In this document: piece after piece, positions 56,425 through 64,000 of the stretch | Position numbering within the stretch: position 1 is the stretch's first letter | How the letters are laid out: every line of letters starts with the position of its first letter | DNA from: Patescibacteria group bacterium | GTDB taxonomy: Bacteria; Patescibacteriota; Patescibacteriia; JAHJFT01 | DNA: 64,000 nt | Direction of reading: 5' to 3' | NCBI GenBank assembly: GCA_028710985.1 | Contig: JAQTTB010000001.1 | Coordinates: forward strand, 167,397 to 231,396 | Position numbers and translations under genes: made by a program | Notes under the pieces: model-generated | The model's input: only the letters and a program-made list of their open reading frames with translations | Told to the model about the DNA's origin: nothing | The model's database searches: none

Positions 56425-56909
56425 AAAAATTTAAACGCCAATCGCTTCCTGGTGACACCTGCTTTGTTACTGCCGTAACCAAGGGCCGCGAACCACTTCT
56501 TGCTGAACGAAAAAATATTATTCTTTTTCAACAAACCATGAAAGAAGTTCAGGCCATAAAAAATGTAAAAATTATCTCTTACGTTATTTTGCCGGATCAT
56601 ATTCACTTGATACTCTCTTGCGAATTTTACTCGGTCCCGGAAATTCTTCACTCTCTGGAATGGGGTTTCTCTAACAATTGGCGCCTTTTGCATCCCGCCG
56701 CCGAACTGCCGAATGCCAATCCCTGGCAATCGCGCGTCTGGGAGCACGTCATCCAAAGCGACGCTGAGCTGCAGTATCATATTAATTACATTATTAATAA
56801 TCCGGTGAAGCACGGCTTTGTCGACGATCCCGAAGACTGGCCATATTCTTCGTTCGCTCAGAATGTCTGCGATTATGATGCCTGGCAAGAGATGGAGCCG
56901 ATTGCCTAA
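56421..56909 (+). CDS. REP-associated tyrosine transposase (RAYT, IS200/IS605-like TnpA_REP)
   Basis: Has the HuH motif LPDHIHLIL and the catalytic Tyr motif YHINYIINNPVKHGFV, as in the TnpA_REP family. 162 aa. ATGA overlap with the preceding gene. Confidence 0.8.
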   Translation: MKKFKRQSLPGDTCFVTAVTKGREPLLAERKNIILFQQTMKEVQAIKNVKIISYVILPDHIHLILSCEFYSVPEILHSLEWGFSNNWRLLHPAAELPNANPWQSRVWEHVIQSDAELQYHINYIINNPVKHGFVDDPEDWPYSSFAQNVCDYDAWQEMEPIA

Positions 56910-56970
56910 AATACCTACCAAATTTTGAATTACAAATTTCGAATTTTGATTCAATTTTGAATAATAAATT

Positions 56971-57360
56971 ATGATTAATAAAAATAAAATATATAATTTG
57001 GAAGAAAGAACGGCGGTTATGGGTATTGACACAATCAAAATGTGTAAAAATATTAAACACGATATAATAATAAATCCTCTAATATCACAGCTCATACGTT
57101 CAGCTACCAGCGTTGGTGCGAATTATATGGAAGCAAATTCCGCATCTTCTAAGCGTGATTTTGTAAATAAAATCTTCATTTGCAAAAAAGAATCGCAAGA
57201 AACTATGCATTGGCTCCGCATGATCAGCGAATGTTGTCCAGAAAAAAGCAAAGAAATCTCACAATTGCGTCAAGAGATGCATGAATTAATATTAATATTT
57301 GGGAGAATAATTGCAACTATAAAAAATAGGGTAAATTCGAAACTCCAAAATCAAAATTAA
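56971..57360 (+). CDS. Four-helix-bundle protein (TIGR02436, '23S rRNA intervening-sequence protein' family)
   Basis: LIRSATSVGANYMEANSASSKRDFVNKIFICKKESQETMHWLRMI matches the family signature (RSAxSIxxNIAEG...DF..KL.IAxKEAxET.YWL.L). AT-rich. Confidence 0.7.
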   Translation: MINKNKIYNLEERTAVMGIDTIKMCKNIKHDIIINPLISQLIRSATSVGANYMEANSASSKRDFVNKIFICKKESQETMHWLRMISECCPEKSKEISQLRQEMHELILIFGRIIATIKNRVNSKLQNQN

Positions 57361-57469
57361 TTAAAAATTCAAAAATAAAAAATCAAAAATTCGCCGCCCT
57401 GGGCGGCGTCACCCCCCTCTTGCCAACAAAAGAGTCTTGATATATAATTTCCATACAATAATCTTGCGG

Positions 57470-57545
57470 GCGGGTGTAGTTCAGTTGGTAGAACGTTTCC
57501 TTGCCAAGGAAAAGGTCGCCGGTTCGAATCCGGTCGCCCGCTCCA
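57470..57545 (+). tRNA. tRNA-Gly (anticodon GCC), CCA encoded
   Basis: GCGGGTG-TA-GTTC-AGTTGGTA-GAAC-G-TTTCC-TTGCCAA-GGAAA-AGGTC-GCCGG-TTCGAAT-CCGGT-CGCCCGC-T-CCA. Confidence 0.85.
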
Positions 57546-57567
57546 AAAATATTCCAAGCGGCCAGAG

Positions 57568-58572
57568 ATGGCCGTTTTTGCTTGTTTACAAGCAACGCAT
57601 TATAATATAAATACTATGTTCTATCCGATAAAACTTTTCTCCGACTGGCTCTCTTTCGCTGTTCTGCGCCTCGCGCCGGAATCTCATGCCGGCCTAGCCG
57701 TAAACTTTTTCGTCTACGATACGATAAAGGTTTTCATCCTGCTTGCAATCATTATATTCGCCGTCTCTGTACTGCGTTCATTTTTCCCCTCGAGAAAAAT
57801 CCGAGATATTTTGTCGCGCCAAAATCAATTTGTCGGTAATATCTTCGCCTCGCTGTTCGGCATCATAACTCCATTCTGTTCCTGCAGCGCCGTACCACTA
57901 TTTTTGGGTTTCATTGAAGCCGGCGTACCGCTCGGAGTAACATTTTCCTTTTTAGTGGCATCACCCATGATTAATGAGGTGGCGCTTATTCTGCTATTCG
58001 GCACCTTCGGCTGGAAAATCGCCGGGCTATATGTCTTAAGCGGCTTACTTATTTCTATTATTTCCGGAATAATAATCGGTAAACTGCCGGTCGAACATTT
58101 GCTGGAAAATATGGCAGTTGAAGAAAAAAATAAAATAAATCCAACGGGGATAGATTGGCGGAAAAGAATTCGGTACGCATGCGGCTATACCCGGAGAATC
58201 ATAAAAAAAATTTGGTTCTATGTTATTATCGGCATTGGGCTGGGCGCCTGGATCCACGGATATGTTCCGACAAATTTTTTAACGCAATACGCTGGTGCCG
58301 ATAAATGGTATGCCGTACCACTCGCAACCCTGATCGGCATCCCCCTATATTCCAATGCGGCCGGAGTGGTCCCAGTCGTTAATGCTCTGGCCGAAAAGGG
58401 AGTTGCGGTTGGTACGACCTTGGCATTCATGATGGCTGTGACCGCATTATCGCTTCCCGAATTCATGATACTGAAGCGCATCATGAAAACAAAACTAATT
58501 TTCATTTACGCTTCAATTGTCGGGCTAGGAATTATCTTTACCGGATATTTGTTTAATCTTATACTAAAATAG
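57568..58572 (+). CDS. DUF318/ArsP-like permease
   Basis: Polytopic membrane protein with a TPFCSCS motif, typical of the DUF318 (YraQ/ArsP) permease family. The start may be at the internal MFYPIKL (~57616). Confidence 0.65.
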   Translation: MAVFACLQATHYNINTMFYPIKLFSDWLSFAVLRLAPESHAGLAVNFFVYDTIKVFILLAIIIFAVSVLRSFFPSRKIRDILSRQNQFVGNIFASLFGIITPFCSCSAVPLFLGFIEAGVPLGVTFSFLVASPMINEVALILLFGTFGWKIAGLYVLSGLLISIISGIIIGKLPVEHLLENMAVEEKNKINPTGIDWRKRIRYACGYTRRIIKKIWFYVIIGIGLGAWIHGYVPTNFLTQYAGADKWYAVPLATLIGIPLYSNAAGVVPVVNALAEKGVAVGTTLAFMMAVTALSLPEFMILKRIMKTKLIFIYASIVGLGIIFTGYLFNLILK

Positions 58573-58627
58573 ATTGCCCATCCAAACGGCCATATAAAAA
58601 AGGCTGTTTTTTTGATACAATATAGCC

Positions 58628-60382
58628 ATGCCGAATATCACCAACAAACAAATCGCCGATATATTTATAGAAATTTCCGAACGCCTTACCATGGAAGACG
58701 TGCCTTTTAAGCCGCGCGCTTATGAAAATGCCGCGCAGGTAATTGATTCTTTGAGCGATGAAGTCGCCGATATATATAAGAAAGGCGGCGAAAAAGCGCT
58801 CGATGCCATTCCTGGCGTCGGCGCCGGCATGACTCTGCGAATCGTTGAACTGCTGAAAACCGGCCGTCTGAAATATCTTGCTGATCTTCGGCGCAAATTC
58901 CCGGTTGATGTCGTGGCACTCACCGCGATCGAAGGCGTGGGTCCGAAAATCATCAAAACTCTTTATCAAAAACTAAAAATCAGGAACCTCGATGGCCTTG
59001 AGCGCGCCGCGCGGGCGCACCGCATCGCGAAAATACCGGGCTTCGGCGAAAAAACCGAACAGAATATCTTAGCTGGCCTGGAATTTCTGAAAAAAAGCCG
59101 CGGCCGCGTCGTGCTCGGCCACTACCTAGCGCTCGCGGAAAAAATCAAGCGCGAGATGCTCCAGGTGCCCGGAGTCACGCATTTTGAACTTGCCGGCTCA
59201 ATCCGCCGCCGCAAGGATACTATCAAGGATTTTGACATGGTCGCCGTGACCGAAAATCCAAAAAAACTTCTTAATAAATTCATCCATCTGCCCGATGTCG
59301 CGCGCGTGCTTGAGCTCGGAAAAAACCGCGCTTTTGTCCGGCTCAAACAAAAAATTGACGCCGATCTGCTCGTCGTGCCGCGCCAGTCCTGGGGCGCCGC
59401 ACTTCTCCATTTCACGGGCAGTAAATACCATAATGTGCATCTCCGGCGCATGGCGGTTGAACATGGCTGGACAATGAATGAATACGGCATCTTCAAGGGT
59501 AAAAAAAATCTCGCCTCCCGCACCGAGGAGGAAGTCTACAAAAAATTCGGCCTGGAATGGATTCCGCCCGAACTTCGCGAAGACTTGGGCGAGATTGAAG
59601 CCGCCCGCACCCACCGTCTCCCCCGCCTCCTGCCATATGGCGCGGTGCGCGGGGATCTCCAGACCCAGACCGACTGGACCGATGGTGTAAACTCGATTGA
59701 GGAAATCTCATTAGCCGCCAAACGCCTGGGACGCGAGTACATCGCCGTCACCGACCACACCAAAACACTCGCCATGACCGGCGGGCTTAATGAACGCGGG
59801 CTCGCGCGGCAGGCGCGCGAAATCGACCGGCTCAACAAAAAAATAAAAAACTTCCGCATCTTGAAATCCGCGGAAATTAATATCTTAAAAGACGGCAGGC
59901 TGGATATCAGCGACGAGGCTCTAAAAAAACTTGATATCGTTTCCGTGGCCGTGCACTCCGGATTTAGCTCAAACGAAAAAGAAATGACCGAACGCATCGT
60001 CGCCGCCATGCAGAATCCTTATGTTAATATTTTCTTTCATCCGACCGGCCGCATCATCGGCCGCCGGCCCGAATATGCCGTGAATATTGATGAAATTATC
60101 AAAGCCGCGAAAAAATACAACATTGCCCTGGAGATCGATGCCTATCCCGACCGCATGGATCTTAAAGATATTTATGTGAAAGCGGCCGTTGAAGCCGGCG
60201 TAAAACTTGTGATTGATACCGACGCGCATCAAACCGACCACTTAAAATACATCGCCCTCGGCGAAGCCACCGCCCGCCGCGGCTGGGCCAAATCAAGCGA
60301 CGTTCTAAACACCATGACCGCCGCGAAATTGATTGAATACTTTAAAAAGGCAAGGATTGACAGATTAAGAAAAAACCGCTAG
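58628..60382 (+). CDS. polX: DNA polymerase X family protein (Pol-beta-like domain + C-terminal PHP 3'-5' exonuclease/phosphoesterase)
   Basis: N-terminal HhH/Pol-beta fingers-palm (…IPGVGAGMTLRIVELLKTGRL…GSIRRRKDTIKDFD). C-terminal PHP domain (…VTDHTKTLAMTGGLNE…HSGF…FHPTGRI…DTDAH). 584 aa. Confidence 0.88.
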   Translation: MPNITNKQIADIFIEISERLTMEDVPFKPRAYENAAQVIDSLSDEVADIYKKGGEKALDAIPGVGAGMTLRIVELLKTGRLKYLADLRRKFPVDVVALTAIEGVGPKIIKTLYQKLKIRNLDGLERAARAHRIAKIPGFGEKTEQNILAGLEFLKKSRGRVVLGHYLALAEKIKREMLQVPGVTHFELAGSIRRRKDTIKDFDMVAVTENPKKLLNKFIHLPDVARVLELGKNRAFVRLKQKIDADLLVVPRQSWGAALLHFTGSKYHNVHLRRMAVEHGWTMNEYGIFKGKKNLASRTEEEVYKKFGLEWIPPELREDLGEIEAARTHRLPRLLPYGAVRGDLQTQTDWTDGVNSIEEISLAAKRLGREYIAVTDHTKTLAMTGGLNERGLARQAREIDRLNKKIKNFRILKSAEINILKDGRLDISDEALKKLDIVSVAVHSGFSSNEKEMTERIVAAMQNPYVNIFFHPTGRIIGRRPEYAVNIDEIIKAAKKYNIALEIDAYPDRMDLKDIYVKAAVEAGVKLVIDTDAHQTDHLKYIALGEATARRGWAKSSDVLNTMTAAKLIEYFKKARIDRLRKNR

Positions 60383-60408
60383 ACTTCAATGAAGTTAATT
60401 GTCATTTT

Positions 60409-60494
60409 GCCCGGGTGGTGAAACGGTAGACACGGCGGACTTAAAATCCGCTGGAAGAAATTCCATGAGGGTTCGACTCCCTCCCCGGGCACCA
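60409..60494 (+). tRNA. tRNA-Leu (anticodon TAA), CCA encoded
   Basis: GCCCGGG...GCGGA-CTTAAAA-TCCGC, the long variable arm TGGAAGAAATTCCAT, the T arm GAGGG-TTCGACT-CCCTC, and the acceptor CCCGGGC-A-CCA. Confidence 0.85.
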
Positions 60495-60516
60495 GTAAAT
60501 AAATAATCATGAAACT

Positions 60517-61155
60517 ATGAAAAATAAAATCGTAATTCTCATTTTAATCATCATCGTTATCACCATAGCAATAATAATTGGTTTTTATTTTGTTCAAAAA
60601 AATAAATCATCAATCAACTCTATCGAAAATACTGTGCCATCAAGTCAATCTGAAGTAAACAATCAAGCGAATCCCGAACAGCAACAAAATAAATTGGTAA
60701 CTGATGACTTTGAAATCAACCTCCCTACGGGCTGGCGGCAAACTGCTCCTGCGATTGGGGCTTCGGCAATGGCCGTTAATGCCGACGAGCAACTCAACGA
60801 TCCTGCGGCTCAGAAGATTAATTTTAGAAGTTATTTTGCCGTAAGTTATGATACGTTGCAGGGAAAAAATTTAAACGAATATTTGCAAAACGTCGAAAGT
60901 CAGCTGCGGCAAACCATTTCCAATGCTGTTTTTGCTCAAGAGCATGATACGACGATAAATGGAAAAGCGGCTCGGGCGGTTGAGGTGAACCTGACTCAGC
61001 AGGGAGTGGATTTTAAAATTTTAATGGTAGCAATTAAAGGCGTCGGTGATGATGTTTGGGTAATATCCTTCAATACTCTCCAGGGCAGTTGGGCAGAGTA
61101 TCAGGAAACATTCTCCGATATTGCTAGCAGTTTTAATTTGAAAAAATTAGATTGA
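60517..61155 (+). CDS. Secreted/membrane-anchored hypothetical protein (212 aa)
   Basis: N-terminal TM/signal region (IVILILIIIVITIAIIIGFYFV), a Gln/Asn-rich linker, then a globular domain. No confident family. Confidence 0.55.
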   Translation: MKNKIVILILIIIVITIAIIIGFYFVQKNKSSINSIENTVPSSQSEVNNQANPEQQQNKLVTDDFEINLPTGWRQTAPAIGASAMAVNADEQLNDPAAQKINFRSYFAVSYDTLQGKNLNEYLQNVESQLRQTISNAVFAQEHDTTINGKAARAVEVNLTQQGVDFKILMVAIKGVGDDVWVISFNTLQGSWAEYQETFSDIASSFNLKKLD

Positions 61156-61484
61156 AGATTAAAGAAGCACAGGACCTCGTTCCTGGGAAGTACTACCGCT
61201 TCGATCCTCCAGTCAAGGCGACGGCGTTTCCCACTGGCGGTCCCAACACCTGTGCGCTGGAGGAGTGCGAGTTCAACCGCGGCTGGTACGTGGGCCTGAA
61301 GGACGGAAATCACCTTTTCCAGGGCAAGCCGGTGAACGATCAGCGCGTCATCCCGACGCCACAAGGCTACGGAGACGCACCCGACCTGGACGAAATCTTG
61401 GAGAAACTCCGGGGCAGCTACTTCCACGTTCTGTTCATCGGCGGAAGCCGGGCGACGCTCGACTCCGACCAGAGTCATCATTGA
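61152..61484 (+). CDS. GC-rich (about 60% GC) hypothetical protein, 110 aa
   Basis: ORF overlapping the previous stop (ATGA). GC3-rich, unlike its neighbours. Followed by terminator hairpins at 61568..61600. Confidence 0.45.
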   Translation: MKIKEAQDLVPGKYYRFDPPVKATAFPTGGPNTCALEECEFNRGWYVGLKDGNHLFQGKPVNDQRVIPTPQGYGDAPDLDEILEKLRGSYFHVLFIGGSRATLDSDQSHH

Positions 61485-61567
61485 CTCACAATCTCGTCAA
61501 TACGAACATGACACTAATGGCCCCATAGAATCCAATTCTACCCGGGGCTCTTTTTTTAAAAAATAAC

Positions 61568-61600
61568 AAAAAAAACCCCAAACATATTTTGGGATTTTTT
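61568..61600. terminator. Bidirectional terminator (aaaaaaaaccccaaacatattttgggatttttt)
   Basis: Hairpin cccaaa/tttggg with flanking A-run and T-run. It lies between the convergent 61152 gene and tRNA-Arg. Confidence 0.6.
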
Positions 61601-61603
61601 ATA

Positions 61604-61675
61604 TGCGCCCGAGAGGAATCGAACCTCTATCATCAGCTCCGGAAGCTGACATTCTATCCGTTGAACTACGGGCGC
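61604..61675 (-). tRNA. tRNA-Arg (anticodon CCG)
   Basis: Reverse complement: GCGCCCG-TA-GTTC-AACGGATA-GAAT-G-TCAGC-TTCCGGA-GCTGA-TGATA-GAGGT-TCGATTC-CTCTC-GGGCGC-A. No CCA encoded. Confidence 0.75.
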
Positions 61676-61681
61676 GTAAAT

Positions 61682-62659
61682 CTATTTTCCTGTTTTCAAT
61701 TTATACAAAAAATACCAAAATTTATCAAGCGGCAGATCGAACGTACCGCTGTATGAAACTTCAACTCCGCCAAAACCTTTTTTAAATCTCGTAATCCCGG
61801 CCCAGGGATGATTTGCCGGCGCCCCCTCTGGCGCGATTCCCCAAAAATCATAATATCTATATCCGTCCGCTTTTGCCCGCTTTATCATTTCCCAGTGCAG
61901 AAGATACGGCGCCATTGTGTTGCGGTCCTCGCTCGATGACGCGCCGTGCAGATAGGTTGTGATTTCGCCTGAACGAATCATGAAATTCGCCGCGAGTATC
62001 TTGCCCCCAAGTTCGGCAAAATAAACATCGCACATTTCCTCGCCAAGAATCTCTAGCATTTTTTTATAATAATCTTTGAGATGCGTGCGGAACTCGTCGC
62101 GCTCCGCCGTCGCGGCTATGAGCTCCCAAAATTTTTCAAACTCATCCTCCCTCATCGCCCGCACCGCAACGCCGTGCTTTTCCGCGACCCGGATATTATA
62201 ACGGGTCTTCTGATGCATGGCCGCTAAGATCTCGTCTTCGGATTTTTCAAGATCCAGCATTGTGGTATGGCTCGGCTGGACATCGCGCGATCTCCGGAGC
62301 GCCAGTCCGGGATAAGCATAGTCCGGGGTTTCAAACCGCGCGAAAATCGCGCCCGGCGCGAACCCGCGAATTTTTTTAATTAATTCCGCAATGATTTCCG
62401 GCGCGTGATTGCGGCCGGCCGGCGTAAGAAGCGGCCCGCGCGGAAAATATACATAACACTTGCCAAACGGCAATGCGTGCCGCACCGCCTGTCCGAGGGC
62501 GAGCGTCTCACCTCCGCGCGAAATTTTAACACGCCAAACCCCGCGGCCGAGTGCCCTCTGAAATTCGCCCCACTGCCAGATTTGCAAAAATTGGCTGGGT
62601 TTAATCTCCCCAACCAATCCGTCCCATGTTTCTTTTTTTTCAATAAACTCAATTTCCAT
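61682..62659 (-). CDS. FemAB-family peptidoglycan interpeptide-bridge aminoacyltransferase (putative)
   Basis: 325 aa. The N-terminal region ...FLQIWQWGEFQRALGRGVWRV... and the overall length fit FemX/FemAB (Acetyltransf_6-like), a GNAT-related family. Moderate confidence from sequence alone. Confidence 0.55.
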   Translation of the reverse strand: MEIEFIEKKETWDGLVGEIKPSQFLQIWQWGEFQRALGRGVWRVKISRGGETLALGQAVRHALPFGKCYVYFPRGPLLTPAGRNHAPEIIAELIKKIRGFAPGAIFARFETPDYAYPGLALRRSRDVQPSHTTMLDLEKSEDEILAAMHQKTRYNIRVAEKHGVAVRAMREDEFEKFWELIAATAERDEFRTHLKDYYKKMLEILGEEMCDVYFAELGGKILAANFMIRSGEITTYLHGASSSEDRNTMAPYLLHWEMIKRAKADGYRYYDFWGIAPEGAPANHPWAGITRFKKGFGGVEVSYSGTFDLPLDKFWYFLYKLKTGK

Positions 62660-62660
62660 T

Positions 62661-63215
62661 CTATTTGCTTAAATAACGGAGCGCCTCGCGCACCTTGTCG
62701 CCCGTGTCCGTCACTTCCTCGGAAATTTTGCGCACCGCGTCGCGCGCCTGCGCGCTCGTGTACCCAAGATTCTTAAGCGCCTGAACCACTTCATGCTCCT
62801 CCTCGCCCTCGGCCGAAAGATCCAACTTGCCCTTAAGCTCAATGATAATTTTTTGCGCCGTCTTTTTTCCCACGCCCGAAACCTGGCTCACGTAATCAAC
62901 GTTGCCCTTTTCAATATTTTTGACAAGATCCGTGAGGCTCCCGAGCGCGAGCACGTTCATTGCCATTTTGGGGCCCACGCCGGAAATATCCAAAAGCTTC
63001 CAAAAAAATTCCAGTTCCCCACGCGTCGCGAATCCGTAAAGTTCACGGCTGTTCTCGCGCAGATATTCATGCGTGAAAAAAGTCTTTTTTTCGCCTTCGG
63101 CAATCAGGGCCGCGTATTTCACCGGTAAAAAAATCTGATACCCGATTCCCGCGTTTTCCAAAATCACATAATTCGCGCCTTTCGCTTTAATTATGCCGTC
63201 AACATACGTAATCAT
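62661..63215 (-). CDS. ruvA: Holliday junction DNA helicase RuvA
   Basis: MITYVDGII...GIGYQIFLP...LYGFATRGELEFFWKLLDISGVGPKMAMNVL. RuvA domains I and II with HhH motifs, plus a C-terminal domain III. Confidence 0.92.
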   Translation of the reverse strand: MITYVDGIIKAKGANYVILENAGIGYQIFLPVKYAALIAEGEKKTFFTHEYLRENSRELYGFATRGELEFFWKLLDISGVGPKMAMNVLALGSLTDLVKNIEKGNVDYVSQVSGVGKKTAQKIIIELKGKLDLSAEGEEEHEVVQALKNLGYTSAQARDAVRKISEEVTDTGDKVREALRYLSK

Positions 63216-63258
63216 ACGCGTTCATCTTATCAAAAAACGTCATCAAAATCAAATTGAA

Positions 63259-63290
63259 GTGTAGGGTTCGCATAAATGCGAACCCTACAC
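63259..63290. repeat. REP-like perfect palindrome GTGTAGGGTTCGCATAAATGCGAACCCTACAC
   Basis: 14 bp arms with a GTAGGG head and CCCTAC tail, as in the other REP copies. It is followed by a terminator hairpin (cccgctcgagacagatgtctcaagcggg) at 63296..63336. Confidence 0.75.
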
Positions 63291-63340
63291 GATAAATAAA
63301 AAAATTCCCGCTCGAGACAGATGTCTCAAGCGGGAAAAGG

Positions 63341-63907
63341 TCACTTTCCGACGAGCGCGTTGCACTTCTTGAGTGCTTCCTGCGCTTCGGAAAAGTCGGG
63401 ATTGTCGCCCGCGAGCTTGCGGAGCGACGGCAGTGCTTTGCGGCAACCGGCCGTGCCATGCGCGAGCTGCGGCTTAATGCCGTTCCACACTACCTTATCG
63501 AGCGGCGAGAGGCTGGTCTTTACTGCCGGGATTGGAACCGGCGCCGTCTCCTCCGAAGCCGCCTCGACCGATGGCGCAGGCGGTGGCGCTTCCTCAGACG
63601 CGATCTTGGGCAGCGGCGCCTCCACGGTTGGCGATTTCGGATTCATGGACTCGCTGCTCATGCTGCGAACGAAAAGTATCATGGCACCAGCGAGCACGAT
63701 CATGGCCACGAATCCGATCATCGCGTACCACAGACCCTTGGTTCGTTCCGGCTTCATCGCTCTCACGCTGCCGCCTTCGGTGATGATGAGCTTGGGCGCC
63801 GGCACCGGCGGCTCCGGAACGGAGAACACTCCTGTCGGCGGTTCGGGCAATGGCATCATGCCCGAAGGCCTGGTCTTCTCCATGTGCAGCCCCTCCTCGG
63901 CCGGCAA
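63341..63907 (-). CDS. GC-rich (about 60% GC) Pro/Ala-rich single-pass membrane protein (may extend upstream beyond the window)
   Basis: Has a TM helix LWYAMIGFVAMIVLAGAMILFV and Pro-rich segments (PEPPTGVFSVPEPPVPAP, EEAPPPAPS). The sequence remains GC-rich to the window end. Confidence 0.5.
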   Translation of the reverse strand: MPAEEGLHMEKTRPSGMMPLPEPPTGVFSVPEPPVPAPKLIITEGGSVRAMKPERTKGLWYAMIGFVAMIVLAGAMILFVRSMSSESMNPKSPTVEAPLPKIASEEAPPPAPSVEAASEETAPVPIPAVKTSLSPLDKVVWNGIKPQLAHGTAGCRKALPSLRKLAGDNPDFSEAQEALKKCNALVGK

Positions 63908-64000
63908 AATCTTGTCCCCATTCCGAAGCTTGATCTTCGGCGGAATCGTGGTGCGCGGCGCATGCTCCTGCTCTCCGAAGATTGCCAGACGCAGCGCGCG

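Overview
This 64 kb window comes from a moderately GC-poor (~48% GC) bacterial chromosome. Its gene content and architecture resemble a reduced Patescibacteria/CPR-like genome. Housekeeping genes are present: rpsG/rpsL, rpmB, leuS, infB, trxA/trxB, truB, rny plus a ymdB-like gene, hup, proS, ruvA/ruvB, polX, ndk, a split transketolase, class II fba and comEC. A 23S-5S rRNA locus on the minus strand is not linked to a 16S gene. Its 23S gene carries a ~770 nt group I intron encoding a LAGLIDADG homing endonuclease, and a near-consensus sigma70 promoter lies upstream. Nine tRNAs are present. The accessory content is unusually rich:
- REP/RAYT: two IS200-like REP-associated tyrosine transposase (RAYT) genes are present, and GC-rich palindromic REP-like repeats of the form GTAGGG-hairpin-CCCTAC are dispersed through the window. 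One copy sits in frame inside a RAYT gene, and three sit downstream of 5S.
- Other hairpin repeats: at least three further dispersed hairpin families are present.
- AT-rich island: a ~2.5 kb island at ~30-33% GC lies beside tRNA-Pro and encodes a radical-SAM/SPASM maturase-like enzyme, a papain/C39-like cysteine peptidase and an SDR oxidoreductase.
- Defence gene: a GmrSD-like (DUF262+DUF1524) type IV restriction gene abuts tRNA-Lys, next to two GC-rich Cys-rich mini-proteins.
- GC-rich singletons: five isolated single-gene blocks at ~60% GC are embedded with native-looking promoters and terminators.
- Heptanucleotide repeats: ATTCCTR repeats occur in both orientations in an intergenic spacer, and as in-frame 21 nt insertions inside leuS.
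- Other oddities: a split PEP-utilizing enzyme, a DUF4349 gene translationally coupled between the transketolase halves, a 5S 5'-fragment duplication, and two lysine-rich micro-ORFs with SD sites and terminators.
No CRISPR array was seen.
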